This document shows, piece by piece, positions 1 through 10,270 of a stretch of DNA of 64,000 nucleotides. Numbering within the stretch: position 1 is the stretch's first letter; the number at the start of each line of letters is the position of its first letter. Source of the DNA: a bacterium. Lineage in GTDB: Bacteria > Electryoneota > JAOADG01. Under the pieces are notes generated by a model. It saw nothing but the letters and a program-made list of their open reading frames with translations. It did no database searches and was not told the origin of the DNA. The translations under genes and the position numbers were made by a program. The DNA lies in contig OY820579.1 in assembly GCA_963681965.1 (NCBI GenBank), forward strand, positions 1,728,001-1,792,000. The letters run 5' to 3'.

Positions 1-2
1 CG

Positions 3-1304
3 AAAGTCGATGCAATTCATGATGAAGTGAAATCCGAATCACCCGATCAATCAATCTCCGCTCAACCGCCTGAAACCGTCGAACGCTCGGAAAGACCGAT
101 CGAAGCCGATATGAAAGTTGCTGAAGCATCTAAACCGGAAGTAGAACCCATCGATTCGACGAAAACGCTAACGAAAATACAAGATGAGTTGACGAAATCG
201 GATTTTGAAGATTCGCTGAATATTAAGGCTCTAGGAAGACCCGATTCGACCAGTCGCGATTCCACTTCGATTGCCGATAGTCTAGCCGATGTGGCAGTTC
301 CATTAGATACCGCAGCGATCAAGTTGGCTCTCGTTGATCAGATTAAGCAGTTGATCAAAGTGTACGATGAAATAAAAGACGATTGCTTCAAACGCAAAGA
401 TACCACCAATGCATTAAAGATGTATCCGACGATTATGCTTTTGGCAAGCGGTAAAATACTGAGTGCGTATCGTATGGAATATGGTATGCAATTACTTGCC
501 CGAGGCGATACCACACGCGCTCGAAGTTTGTATACCGCCGTAGCGGCTGATACCGCCAATCTCACGATCGCCAATGCTGCGCGAAAAGAGTTACAGCTCG
601 CTTTGTTGCCGATACCGGTTGATTCTTTGAAGGAACGGTTTCGCACTGCGGAAATGTTGGTCGATTTGTTGGTCGATACTACTGCCGCGCTGGATGTTTA
701 TCAATCGATAGCAGAGAACGACTCTGGTGATATTGGATCGCGAGCGACTGCAGCGATTGCGATTTTACAAACTCGCCGACTGGGAATTGATTCCGTTGCG
801 AAATTGTACGAGAATATGTTTAAGAAATCGCGGGTACAATCCAGCACCCGTTACGCACAGATGATGATTACCGCGATTCAAGACAAAAAACGGCAGGATT
901 CAATCGCAGCACATGTCGATACGACGAAAGCATTAATCGATTCAACGAACCGAAGCGATTCACTTTCGATCGGTAAAGATAGCAGTAAAGTTGTACCGGA
1001 TTCGTTAAAACTGAATCTACCCGATTCGCTTCGAAACTTGATCGGAGGAGATTCGTTACTCCAATTGCGAAAGATTAAGCTGGAAGTACCCGACTCGACC
1101 AAACAGAATCTTGCCGATACTTTAAAAAAGGCAATCGAAACCGAACCCATCATTCCCAAGACGTTGGTCACTCCGAGGCGGAGTGCAAAGAACGATACTT
1201 TGCGAACACCTGCTCAGGTAATAAAACCGGATAGTGTGGGTAGTGTGGCAAAACCCGACACCACGATAAAACCATCCGATACGACGAAAACCAAAAAAGA
1301 ATAG
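3..1304 (+). CDS. 5'-truncated protein, probably exported, with TPR-like helical segment and D-(S/T)-rich low-complexity linkers
   Basis: Frame is open from the window edge (KVDAIHDEV...), so the start is upstream. Helical segments such as GDTTRARSLYTAVA and AALDVYQSIAE resemble TPR repeats. 27 D-[ST] dipeptides. Confidence 0.6.
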   Translation, partial: KVDAIHDEVKSESPDQSISAQPPETVERSERPIEADMKVAEASKPEVEPIDSTKTLTKIQDELTKSDFEDSLNIKALGRPDSTSRDSTSIADSLADVAVPLDTAAIKLALVDQIKQLIKVYDEIKDDCFKRKDTTNALKMYPTIMLLASGKILSAYRMEYGMQLLARGDTTRARSLYTAVAADTANLTIANAARKELQLALLPIPVDSLKERFRTAEMLVDLLVDTTAALDVYQSIAENDSGDIGSRATAAIAILQTRRLGIDSVAKLYENMFKKSRVQSSTRYAQMMITAIQDKKRQDSIAAHVDTTKALIDSTNRSDSLSIGKDSSKVVPDSLKLNLPDSLRNLIGGDSLLQLRKIKLEVPDSTKQNLADTLKKAIETEPIIPKTLVTPRRSAKNDTLRTPAQVIKPDSVGSVAKPDTTIKPSDTTKTKKE

Positions 1305-1313
1305 GAGTGCTGT

Positions 1314-2123
1314 TTGAAGTATTTGGAGATCGGAACTATCACTCATCGGGAGAAGATCCATAGCGATCTTTTTCAACTCCACTTTCACTCACCAGCTATT
1401 GCACGAGATTCCCAACCCGGACAATTTCTTCATATCCGAGTAGGAAACGGTATTGATCCACTTCTTCGTCGTCCGGTTTCAATTCAACGGGTTTTTGACG
1501 ACACCATTGAAATACTCATAAAAGTATACGGTCGCGGCAGCGACAAGCTCTGTGCGCTGACTGTCGGGGATCAGATCGATTGCCTCGGTCCTGTCGGTTC
1601 GACTTGGAAGACACCCGAGGGACATACTTCGGTTGTGGGGGTATCTGGTGGCGTTGGAATAGCACCTATCATTTTCCAACAAGACCGGTGGAGCTCGACA
1701 ATTCCGTACTATCATTTATTGGGTAGCCGCAGTAAAGCGGATCTGCCGATTTCCGATGAATTGATGACACGATATCAACCGGATATCGCAACGGACGATG
1801 GTTCTTCAGGTTTTCATGGAAATGTAGTGTCTTTAGTAGATAAACGATTCTGTGAAGGTGGGTTGGGTTCAAATCCGTTTTTTATTACTTGTGGACCGTG
1901 GATCATGATGAAAGCACTGCGCGATTGGTTGCGTTCGCATCATCTGCGGGGTCAATTTTCCGCCGAAGCGCGGATGGGCTGTGCGGTAGGTGTCTGTCAA
2001 GGGTGTGCGGTAGCGAAACCGATGAAAGACAATGCCGCTCGCGAATACTATTTGTGTTGTAAAGATGGTCCGATTTTCGATTTCGAAGCAATCGACATGG
2101 AGGTAAGTCCCTTTGGCTATTGA
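1314..2123 (+). CDS. pyrK: Dihydroorotate dehydrogenase B electron transfer subunit
   Basis: PGQF, RRPVS, GGVGIAP, CGP and MGCAVGVCQGC...CKDGP [2Fe-2S] motifs; next to pyrD; AGGAG SD before TTG. Confidence 0.92.
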   Translation: MKYLEIGTITHREKIHSDLFQLHFHSPAIARDSQPGQFLHIRVGNGIDPLLRRPVSIQRVFDDTIEILIKVYGRGSDKLCALTVGDQIDCLGPVGSTWKTPEGHTSVVGVSGGVGIAPIIFQQDRWSSTIPYYHLLGSRSKADLPISDELMTRYQPDIATDDGSSGFHGNVVSLVDKRFCEGGLGSNPFFITCGPWIMMKALRDWLRSHHLRGQFSAEARMGCAVGVCQGCAVAKPMKDNAAREYYLCCKDGPIFDFEAIDMEVSPFGY

Positions 2124-3063
2124 TTTGAAATGTCGATTAGGCAAGCTGGAACTCAACTCGCCACTGATTGCGGCATCCGGATGTTTCGGCTATGGTACGG
2201 AATATTCCGAATTGACTCCGATCCACAAATTGGGCGGTGTTGTTACGAAAACGATCACCCCGCACCCACGCCCGGGAAATCCATTGCCGCGGATCTGGGA
2301 AACTGCGACTGGTGGAATGATTAATAGTATCGGTCTGGCGAATGTCGGGATCGATCGTTATGTAATTGAGAAATTGCCCGAACTTAGGAATTATCCGAGT
2401 AAAGTTATCGTATCGGTTGCTGGAAATTCGGTAGCAGAGTATGCCGAGATGGTCGCGAAGATGGAGGCGCATTCGGAATGGCATGCTTTGGAGATCAATA
2501 TTTCCTGTCCGAATGTGAAAGAAGGTGGCATCAGTTTTGGGGTCGATCCTAAGATGACTGAAGCCGCGGTGAAAGCCTGTCGACGTGAGACGAAGCGACC
2601 GATGATTGTTAAATTGACACCGATGGCAACGTCACTGGCATCCATCGGAAAAGTTTGTGAAGATTGCGGTGCCGATGCATTGTCGCTCGTGAATACTTAT
2701 GTCGGATTGGCGATTGACATCGAACGTAAACGCCCGCGAATTGCAACGGTCACCGGCGGATATAGTGGACCGCCGATCAAACCGATGGCTTTGGCGCGTG
2801 TGTGGGAAGTATACAAAGCCGTCAACATTCCACTCATTGGGATGGGTGGAATCTGTTCGGCGGAAGATGTAATCGAATTCTTTCTCGCTGGTGCCTCGGC
2901 GGTACAAATTGGCACGATGTTTTATGTCGATCCGGCAATTCCCGACAAGATTCTACTGGGAATGGAACAGTATTGCGATCGACATGGTATAAAACACTTG
3001 TCCGAATTAACAGGACAACTCGATCCTACACTTAAGAAATCGACTGAAACAAAATGCGGCTGA
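2113..3063 (+). CDS. pyrD: Dihydroorotate dehydrogenase family 1B catalytic subunit
   Basis: ASGCFGYG, NSIGLAN, EINISCPNV, VKLTP and GGYSGPPIKP motifs. Confidence 0.95.
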   Translation: MAIDLKCRLGKLELNSPLIAASGCFGYGTEYSELTPIHKLGGVVTKTITPHPRPGNPLPRIWETATGGMINSIGLANVGIDRYVIEKLPELRNYPSKVIVSVAGNSVAEYAEMVAKMEAHSEWHALEINISCPNVKEGGISFGVDPKMTEAAVKACRRETKRPMIVKLTPMATSLASIGKVCEDCGADALSLVNTYVGLAIDIERKRPRIATVTGGYSGPPIKPMALARVWEVYKAVNIPLIGMGGICSAEDVIEFFLAGASAVQIGTMFYVDPAIPDKILLGMEQYCDRHGIKHLSELTGQLDPTLKKSTETKCG

Positions 3064-3506
3064 TTACCAGCATCACAGTTTTTTCATTTCTACTGATCAG
3101 CTTGGTGCTGACCGGATGCACTGCCGGTCCGCGGTATGGCACGAAAGCGCGGTACGACGTAAAGCAACATGCCGAAGTGACCATTCCTGAAGTCGGGATG
3201 GTATTCGAGGGTACGGCATCGTTTTACGGAAAAGAATTTGGCGGCAGGAAGACTGCCAATGGAGAAATTTTCGATCCGAACGGTATTTCTGCCGCGCATC
3301 GAAACTTTCCATTCGGCACGATGCTGGAAGTGACATCGAAAGAAACCGGCAAATCGGTAATGGTGAAAATTAACGATCGCGGTCCATTTACCGATTGTAT
3401 TATCGATTTATCGTTCGGTGCAGCAAAAAAAATTGGTATGGTTCATAATATTCCGGTTCGGATTCGCGTTGTTTCGGTCGGAACTGTGGAAAATAACTCC
3501 CATTAA
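3054..3506 (+). CDS. rlpA: Septal ring lytic transglycosylase RlpA-family lipoprotein
   Basis: Lipobox LTGC; ASFYG, TANGE, AAHR, INDRGPF and IDLS (DPBB) motifs. Confidence 0.88.
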   Translation: MRLITSITVFSFLLISLVLTGCTAGPRYGTKARYDVKQHAEVTIPEVGMVFEGTASFYGKEFGGRKTANGEIFDPNGISAAHRNFPFGTMLEVTSKETGKSVMVKINDRGPFTDCIIDLSFGAAKKIGMVHNIPVRIRVVSVGTVENNSH

Positions 3507-3517
3507 AAAAGATTACT

Positions 3518-4381
3518 ATGCCAGAAATCGTAATAATCAGTTCCGAGAAGCAATCGCGTAAACGCGTTGTGATTCGAAGAGTACTCGTTGCAGTATGGGG
3601 AATACCGTTACTGACAATACCGGTTTTGCTGGGTCAATGGTATTTTGCCACACTCATTGCCGTGATTGCAGCATTGGCTGTGTTCGAGTATCTAACGATG
3701 TTGCGAGCGATGGGAGCACCCGTTATTCGAACTTCGGCGGCAGTCGCGGCAGCAGCAGTCGTTCTGATGACTACTTACGATCAGCGACTGGGTTTTGATT
3801 TATTTTTGATTGTCAGCCTCTTTTTGGCGATTCGCTCGCTTCAAGGTGGCGATAAAGCGATGGCGCTTCGGGTCACCGGTACACTCGGTGGATTTCTATA
3901 TATCGCGGGATTTCTCTCTTTACTGGCGCTGTTGCGGAGTCGCATCTTAGTCGAGGATGGGTTGTGGGGCGGCATCTTCATACTATACTTGCTTTCGTCG
4001 ATTTGGCTCTGCGATACTTTCGCTTACTTCGGAGGGATGCGATTCGGTAAACACAAACTTGCTTCGAAAATATCCCCAAAGAAGACGATCGAAGGTTCGG
4101 TATTCGGAGTGATTGGGTCGCTGCTTTGGTCGCTTCTGGGCATTCAAGTATTGGGTGATAAACTTCCGTGGCAGTTTTTAGTATTGACGGCACTGGCTGC
4201 TGGAACAGTCGGTCAAGTAGGTGATTTAATCGAATCGATGGTTAAGCGCGATGCCGGTGTAAAAGATTCCGGTCGATTATTACCGGAACACGGTGGCATC
4301 TTCGATCGATTTGACAGTTTGATCCTTACGACACCAGCGGTGTACCTGCTAGCCGATTGGTTTGGGTTGTTGAACAAGTAG
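3518..4381 (+). CDS. cdsA: Phosphatidate cytidylyltransferase
   Basis: DTFAYFGG, ISPKKTIEG and GDLIESMVKRDAGVKDSG...HGGIFDRFDS signature. Confidence 0.95.
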   Translation: MPEIVIISSEKQSRKRVVIRRVLVAVWGIPLLTIPVLLGQWYFATLIAVIAALAVFEYLTMLRAMGAPVIRTSAAVAAAAVVLMTTYDQRLGFDLFLIVSLFLAIRSLQGGDKAMALRVTGTLGGFLYIAGFLSLLALLRSRILVEDGLWGGIFILYLLSSIWLCDTFAYFGGMRFGKHKLASKISPKKTIEGSVFGVIGSLLWSLLGIQVLGDKLPWQFLVLTALAAGTVGQVGDLIESMVKRDAGVKDSGRLLPEHGGIFDRFDSLILTTPAVYLLADWFGLLNK

Positions 4382-4415
4382 CTTAAACAGTTCTTCCAAT
4401 TAGAGAGTGTCCGAG

Positions 4416-6305
4416 ATGTCTGAACGTCGCGTTGTAATTGGTACTGCCGGTCATATCGATCATGGCAAATCGACTCTCGTCAGAGCGCTGACTGGAATCG
4501 ATCCCGATCGTTTGCCGGAAGAACAAGAACGCGGCATGACGATCGATATCGGATTTGCGTTCTGGAAGTATGGCATCGCCTTCATCGATGTCCCGGGTCA
4601 CGAGCGGTTTATTAAAAATATGGTTGCCGGAGTCACCGGGATTGATGCAGCATTATTAGTAGTTGCCGCCGACGATGGCGTGATGCCCCAGACAATCGAG
4701 CACTATACTATCTTGAATCTGCTGGGAATTACGCGCGGTGTTGTCGCGATCACTAAATCCGATAGTAAGGATGCCGACTGGATTGCGATGATTGAAGACG
4801 ACGTCAGAAAATTACTTGCGTCGGGTAGTTTGAAAAATGCCCAAATCATTATCGTCGATTCAATAAGTGGTACTGGACTGAATGAGCTTTCGGAAGCGCT
4901 GATTCAGTTAGCTGCTACCATTCCGGCTCATGAGTTGGATGCACCGGCGTTATTGTCGATTGACCGTGTTTTTGTCAAGACCGGATTTGGTGTCGTGATA
5001 ACGGGTACGGTCGCCTCCGGACAAATTAAAGTCGGCGATGAACTTCAGCTGTTGCCCCAGAATATTCCCGTGCGAATTCGCGGTATTCAATCGCAAAATG
5101 AAGCACGTGAGAGTGTGGTCGCCGGGGAGCGGGCGGCGTTGAATCTTGCTGGAATCGACCGTCAAGAAGTTTTACGCGGGAATCGTCTTTGTCAGCCGGG
5201 TGTCTTTTCGGTTACTAGTGCATTTGATGTGTTACTGGAGGCTTGTACCGACCATCCGATCCGCCATCGTTCCCGAGTACGGATGCATATTGGCACGACT
5301 GAGGCAATCGGTCGGATCGATCTGCTCGAAGCCGCAACATTATCGATCGGAGAGTCGCCACGGTTTGCCCGTTTCCAATCGGAGGAACCGATTATTGCCG
5401 CTTTCCGCGAGCGCTTTGTGATACGCCGGTACTCGCCGATGGAAACAGTCGGCGGTGGAATTGTATTAAATCCAATGCCATTGACTCGGTTGCGACACGA
5501 GACAAATTTCGAACGCTTATCGGCACTGTTATCCGATTCCGGAGAAGATCGTTTGATTGCCGCGATCAGCGAAACTGAACCGAAAGCCGCCACAATATCA
5601 CGATTGGCGATTGCGTTGTCGAAGAAGCCCGTAGCTATCGAAGCGATGCTTCGCACGCAAATACTATCCGATAAAGTGCTGTCAAAATCGAGCGGCACGA
5701 TCACCAAACCGTATGCTCAACGGATCAGTGACGAAATGATCAAGACTGTTCGGACGTTCCATTCGACCAATCCCGACCGTGTGGGAATACCCCAGGGATC
5801 ATTACTGGAACCCTATCCCACCAAGATCGGTTCATCGCTATCCGAGACCATTTTTCAAGCATTACTTGACCAACAGATACTATCAATTGAACGAGGTACT
5901 GTTCGCCTGACATCTCACCAACCGCGAGTTAACTCCAAGGATCAGGAACGGATCAGTCTATTTATTAATGCTCTTCGAGCACATGGATTGACACCGCCGA
6001 TGCCGAATTTGCTCGCGACCGAGCTTAAAATCCTCGAAAAGGAGTTATTCCGATATGCGGATTTATTGCGTGAGCAGGGCGAAATCGTTGTATTGGAAGG
6101 TCGCTATTGGATATTGACCGATTCATTCAAAGTTGCTGAAGATCAAATTCGCGGATTATTGATGAATCAACCGACAGCATCATTAGGCGAGATAGCGACA
6201 GTCCTTGGAGTTAGTCGGAAGTACGCAGTGGCATTACTCGAGGAGTTGGATAAGCGCGGTGTCACTGAACGAATCGGCGATTCACGACAATTGAAATCGC
6301 GATGA
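4416..6305 (+). CDS. selB: Selenocysteine-specific elongation factor (start ATG 4416 or GTG 4407)
   Basis: [28 protein letters not shown] and [12 protein letters not shown]; C-terminal winged-helix [13 protein letters not shown]. Confidence 0.93.
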   Translation: MSERRVVIGTAGHIDHGKSTLVRALTGIDPDRLPEEQERGMTIDIGFAFWKYGIAFIDVPGHERFIKNMVAGVTGIDAALLVVAADDGVMPQTIEHYTILNLLGITRGVVAITKSDSKDADWIAMIEDDVRKLLASGSLKNAQIIIVDSISGTGLNELSEALIQLAATIPAHELDAPALLSIDRVFVKTGFGVVITGTVASGQIKVGDELQLLPQNIPVRIRGIQSQNEARESVVAGERAALNLAGIDRQEVLRGNRLCQPGVFSVTSAFDVLLEACTDHPIRHRSRVRMHIGTTEAIGRIDLLEAATLSIGESPRFARFQSEEPIIAAFRERFVIRRYSPMETVGGGIVLNPMPLTRLRHETNFERLSALLSDSGEDRLIAAISETEPKAATISRLAIALSKKPVAIEAMLRTQILSDKVLSKSSGTITKPYAQRISDEMIKTVRTFHSTNPDRVGIPQGSLLEPYPTKIGSSLSETIFQALLDQQILSIERGTVRLTSHQPRVNSKDQERISLFINALRAHGLTPPMPNLLATELKILEKELFRYADLLREQGEIVVLEGRYWILTDSFKVAEDQIRGLLMNQPTASLGEIATVLGVSRKYAVALLEELDKRGVTERIGDSRQLKSR

Positions 6306-6988
6306 ACAAGATCCTGCAAGTTGCGCTGCTGCACACTGGCAATTTCTTCTTTCCCCGAACCTGTTATGTGTGTGGCGAGCGTATTTTAACCGGATGGAGC
6401 TGTCCGGAATGCATACACACATTACCAGCCGGTATACGTTTCGATGCGACAATTTTACCCCCGTTGCAGCGTGTGGCTGCGATTTGGCGCTATGAGAATG
6501 CCGTCCGAGCTGCAATCGACGACTGGAAATTCAATCAACTAGCTCCGCTAGGCGAACAGTTGATTCATTCGGCACTCAAATATGAATGGTTGCAGGAATG
6601 GTTTTCTGAACCCTTTGATGTGATTATCGGAATACCACCTCATCGGCATCACCTCCGAATGCGAGGGTTCGATCCGGTACAACAGATCGTCCGAAATTTG
6701 TCGACGCTATGGAATACACCCAATTCCAATGCGCTAGTACGTGCTAGATCGGTCAATCCGCAAATCGAATCAACCCGGAAGCAACGTCAGCACAATGTTC
6801 TCGGGGCATTTCGGGTAAATAAACCGGTTACAGGATCGGTGTTGTTGGTAGACGATGTGATTACAACCGGGAGTACGCTTCGTGAAGCCGCGAAGACATT
6901 ATTGGGAAGTGGCGCTGACCGGGTTTCGGGATTTATTCTTGCGAGTGCTGGAAGTAGCATTATTATTCAGGATATCGAGTCCAATTGA
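6302..6988 (+). CDS. comF: ComF-family phosphoribosyltransferase-like protein
   Basis: N-terminal CxxC..CxxC, RGF, and VLLVDDVITTGST PRT motif. Confidence 0.85.
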   Translation: MNKILQVALLHTGNFFFPRTCYVCGERILTGWSCPECIHTLPAGIRFDATILPPLQRVAAIWRYENAVRAAIDDWKFNQLAPLGEQLIHSALKYEWLQEWFSEPFDVIIGIPPHRHHLRMRGFDPVQQIVRNLSTLWNTPNSNALVRARSVNPQIESTRKQRQHNVLGAFRVNKPVTGSVLLVDDVITTGSTLREAAKTLLGSGADRVSGFILASAGSSIIIQDIESN

Positions 6989-7211
6989 TCGATTAAAACT
7001 GTTGGGGTGTGACACACTTCTTCGAATTAGTTAATTGGAGTAAAAGTAGAGAATTTCATTTTCATCCACTCTGCGAAATATTCTAGGAGGAGCACTCCAA
7101 ATCGGCAAGTTTAGAAATTTCCCTTAGTTGTAATGTCGAAACAATTTTCACAACCTCTTTCGTTCCGTTTTCACTGCTTTCATTATATATTCTTCTTTTT
7201 CCGGTGGACTC

Positions 7212-8606
7212 ATGAACGACGATCGATTTCACGAAGAATGCGCAGTTTTCGGTGTTTACGGTCATCCGCGCGCAGCCGACTTAACCTACCTTGGCTTATA
7301 TGCCTTACAGCATCGGGGTCAGGAGGCAAGTGGTATTGTCTCAAATGACAATGGCTCATTTTACCTCCACCGCGATTGCGGTCTCGTTGCCGATGTATTC
7401 CGACCGCCAGCGCTCGACAAATTGACGGGTGATTGCGCAGTTGGACACAACCGGTATTCGACAACCGGTGCTTCGACTGTGACAAATATCCAACCCCTGT
7501 TTTCGGTGGGTCGAGATGGACCGATCTGTGTGGCGCACAACGGCAATTTGGTGAATGCAAGAGAATTGCGACGCGAATTAATGGAAACAGGAGCACTGTT
7601 TCAAACAACGACCGATACCGAAGTTGTCCTTCACCTGTTGGCTCGCACGACCGGGGAATGGGTTGACCGGATGAAAGAAGTGTCCGCTCGGTTGTCAGGT
7701 GCTTACACATTAATCATGATGAATCGCGACGAATTGATCGGCGTTCGCGATCCCAACGGCATTCGACCATTAGTGATCGGTAAATTCGAAGGTGCGTGGT
7801 TACTCTCCTCGGAAACCTGTGCATTCGATTTAATCGGAGCTGAGTTCGTTCGCGACGTCGAACCGGGAGAACTGATCGTAATCGATCGCAATGGATTACA
7901 TGCCGTCAAATACGCCCATGTCAAAGCAGCGCCGTGTATTTTTGAATTGATTTATTTTTCCCGTCCCGATAGTCTTTTTTACGGGGAAAGTATCGACCGT
8001 ACTCGACGCGCGATGGGTAAACAACTGGCAATCGAGAGCCCGGTCGATGCCGATTTCGTGATCTCGGTGCCAGACTCATCCAATGCTGCAGCGTTAGGTT
8101 TTGCCGAAGCGCTCGGAATTCCGTACGAACACGGCTTGATTCGCAATCACTATGTTGGTCGTACTTTCATCAGTCCATCAACAGAACAACGGCGTGCCGG
8201 AGTTCGAATTAAATTCAATCCCGTCTCGAGTGTACTGCAGGGTAAACGAATCGTGGTGGTCGAGGATAGCATCGTGCGCGGGACAACGTTAAAGCAATTG
8301 ACATCGTTATTGCGATCGGCTGGAGCGGAACAGATCCATATCCGTGTCGCCAGTCCCCCGATTTTTTATCCCTGTCCCTTTGGAATGGATTTCCCGACTA
8401 GAAAAGAACTGATTGCTAACAGTTATTCCCCACCCCAACTAGGAAAATGGATTGAAGCCGATTCACTGCATTATTTGAGTTATAATGGGATGCTCCAAGC
8501 GGCACCGAATCGGAATGGTGGATATTGTTCGGCATGTTTCAGCGGTGAGTATCCTGTGCCATTACCACCCGAGTATGGTGGCAAATTGGCTCTGGAAGAG
8601 AATTAA
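7212..8606 (+). CDS. purF: Amidophosphoribosyltransferase (propeptide, Fe-S type)
   Basis: HEECAVFG propeptide cleavage site, LQHRGQE, GHNRYST, DSIVRGTT; cluster cysteines in CIFE, PCPFG and CSAC. Confidence 0.96.
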   Translation: MNDDRFHEECAVFGVYGHPRAADLTYLGLYALQHRGQEASGIVSNDNGSFYLHRDCGLVADVFRPPALDKLTGDCAVGHNRYSTTGASTVTNIQPLFSVGRDGPICVAHNGNLVNARELRRELMETGALFQTTTDTEVVLHLLARTTGEWVDRMKEVSARLSGAYTLIMMNRDELIGVRDPNGIRPLVIGKFEGAWLLSSETCAFDLIGAEFVRDVEPGELIVIDRNGLHAVKYAHVKAAPCIFELIYFSRPDSLFYGESIDRTRRAMGKQLAIESPVDADFVISVPDSSNAAALGFAEALGIPYEHGLIRNHYVGRTFISPSTEQRRAGVRIKFNPVSSVLQGKRIVVVEDSIVRGTTLKQLTSLLRSAGAEQIHIRVASPPIFYPCPFGMDFPTRKELIANSYSPPQLGKWIEADSLHYLSYNGMLQAAPNRNGGYCSACFSGEYPVPLPPEYGGKLALEEN

Positions 8607-8610
8607 TCCG

Positions 8611-9525
8611 ATGTCTCATCGGCATCCGCTCGATTGGTTTTTTCTACTTCGACCGACATTATTGTTTCCAGTTTGTACAGTTTTTTTGGCGGGGTACCGG
8701 TTAGGTACTTCGCCATTATTGTTTTGGGAATGGGCAGTATTTTCGCTTTCAGCGATCGCAATGGGTGGGGCAGTGTATGTGCTGAATGAAGTATCCGATA
8801 TCGAATCGGACAGCGCGAACAACAAATTGCATTATCTGCCTCGAGGTATTTTTTCGGTTACCACTGCTCGCAATTACGGAATTGTTCTCGGAGTGCTTGG
8901 AATTGCCGGTTTGACACTCATTGCCAAGTTGAATACGATTTGGATCGCGTTGGGTTTCATCATTACCGGAGTGCTATACAATGTCAGACCATTCCGCTGG
9001 AAAGACCGTCCAACAGCAGGGATACTGGTAGCGGTTGCAGGAGGAGGCTTGACCTTTTGGGCAGGCATGTTGCTTGGTAAAGCGCCGATGCACCACATCC
9101 CGGAGATGATTCCCTACCTGTTCGCATTTGGTGGTGTGTCGGTTTTTACGCAGTTACTGGATACCGATGGCGATCGTAAATCAGGCAAGATCACGCTTGC
9201 CGTTCGTTATGGAATTCCGATAGCAATCAAAATTGGTTGGAGTGGAATTGCCCTTGCTTTAGTATTAGCGATTGCCATTAACGATCTCGCGATGATCCTC
9301 TCAGCAGGCATCCCACTGCTTTTCGGTTTACTTAAGTACAGAAATTATAATATCGAAAGCTGTGGCTTAATTGCCCGATTTGCAATCCTATTGCTTTCGT
9401 TAACGATCGGATCTCAATATCCGGTTTATTTGCTTACGATTTTTGTATATTACTTCATTGCTCGCTGGTACTACCGACTCAGATTCGATCTTCAGTATCC
9501 ATCGCTCACAGGGAATTCATGGTAA
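8611..9525 (+). CDS. UbiA-superfamily membrane prenyltransferase
   Basis: NEVSDIESD and DTDGDRKSGKITLAV Asp-rich motifs; multiple TM helices; ATG 8611 chosen because it follows the purF stop. Confidence 0.8.
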   Translation: MSHRHPLDWFFLLRPTLLFPVCTVFLAGYRLGTSPLLFWEWAVFSLSAIAMGGAVYVLNEVSDIESDSANNKLHYLPRGIFSVTTARNYGIVLGVLGIAGLTLIAKLNTIWIALGFIITGVLYNVRPFRWKDRPTAGILVAVAGGGLTFWAGMLLGKAPMHHIPEMIPYLFAFGGVSVFTQLLDTDGDRKSGKITLAVRYGIPIAIKIGWSGIALALVLAIAINDLAMILSAGIPLLFGLLKYRNYNIESCGLIARFAILLLSLTIGSQYPVYLLTIFVYYFIARWYYRLRFDLQYPSLTGNSW

Positions 9526-10172
9526 AAGGTCCACCCATACCAAAACCATCGGGTCAATTTTTCGGAGTTGTTCAGGAAATTGGACTGCATCAACTTTGGA
9601 AAATTTCGAATCTGCTTTCTCTCTCCCGGCTGATATTGATTATTCCGGTCTGTTTCCTATTGGTTCGCGATCAGGATTTTGACAAATATATTGCACTGAG
9701 TTTAATGGTAGTTGCTGCAATTACCGATTATCTCGACGGCTATTTAGCACGGAAATTGAACCAAGTAACCGAGCTGGGTAAAATTCTCGATCCGATTTCC
9801 GATAAAATTTGTTTGTTGGCGGTTGCGTTATGTCTGGCATCGCCATCGCGACCGGTCCGATTCTCCTATTCACTCTTGACGGTGGCACTATTACGCGATA
9901 CGATGATTGTGGTCTGCGGCTATTGGGCATACCGTGCGAAAAATGTGATTATGGTGTCCAACTGGTGGGGGAAATGGACGAGTTCGGTATTCGCGATTTT
10001 GACGATTATCGTAACACTTGAGGTGCCGGACCAACCGTGGTATCTTTTCTTTATCGACGTACATTCACTAACCTTCATTCTGTTCGGTTTGCTGATCATT
10101 TCATCGCTGAGTTATTTTACTACGTTCTTGGATGTCGCATCGAGTCCATCGCGAGATAACGATAAATCGTAA
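9519..10172 (+). CDS. CDP-alcohol phosphatidyltransferase (PgsA-like)
   Basis: DYLDGYLARK...GKILDPISD signature. Confidence 0.88.
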   Translation: MVKGPPIPKPSGQFFGVVQEIGLHQLWKISNLLSLSRLILIIPVCFLLVRDQDFDKYIALSLMVVAAITDYLDGYLARKLNQVTELGKILDPISDKICLLAVALCLASPSRPVRFSYSLLTVALLRDTMIVVCGYWAYRAKNVIMVSNWWGKWTSSVFAILTIIVTLEVPDQPWYLFFIDVHSLTFILFGLLIISSLSYFTTFLDVASSPSRDNDKS

Positions 10173-10191
10173 AGCTGGGAAAGTGTTTAAT

Positions 10192-10245
10192 ATGATTGCT
10201 ATCGAATTATCCGCATGTTGTCGCGAAAGCCATTTAAACGATTGA
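10192..10245 (+). CDS. Putative cysS leader peptide MIAIELSACCRESHLND
   Basis: 17-codon ORF with tandem TGT TGT, upstream of a terminator hairpin and cysS; weak SD. Confidence 0.5.
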   Translation: MIAIELSACCRESHLND

Positions 10246-10270
10246 TCCAACCGTAATCTGTTTGCTGTGA

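Noticed and set aside
3049-3105. pyrD ends ...KCG-TGA, suggesting Sec read-through given selB nearby
   Set aside because: The domain is already complete, the TGA lies inside the rlpA start region, the read-through peptide is short and featureless, and no SECIS-like hairpin is evident.
6989-7211. tRNA-Sec or a known purine/ZTP/PRPP riboswitch near selB/purF
   Set aside because: No TCA anticodon cloverleaf and no riboswitch consensus on either strand.
8485-8610. Longer N-termini given by the ORF track (8485, 16511, 16964, 25223, 33064, 34577, 54670, 56803, 59322)
   Set aside because: They overlap upstream genes or spacers; downstream starts fit SD position and family boundaries better.
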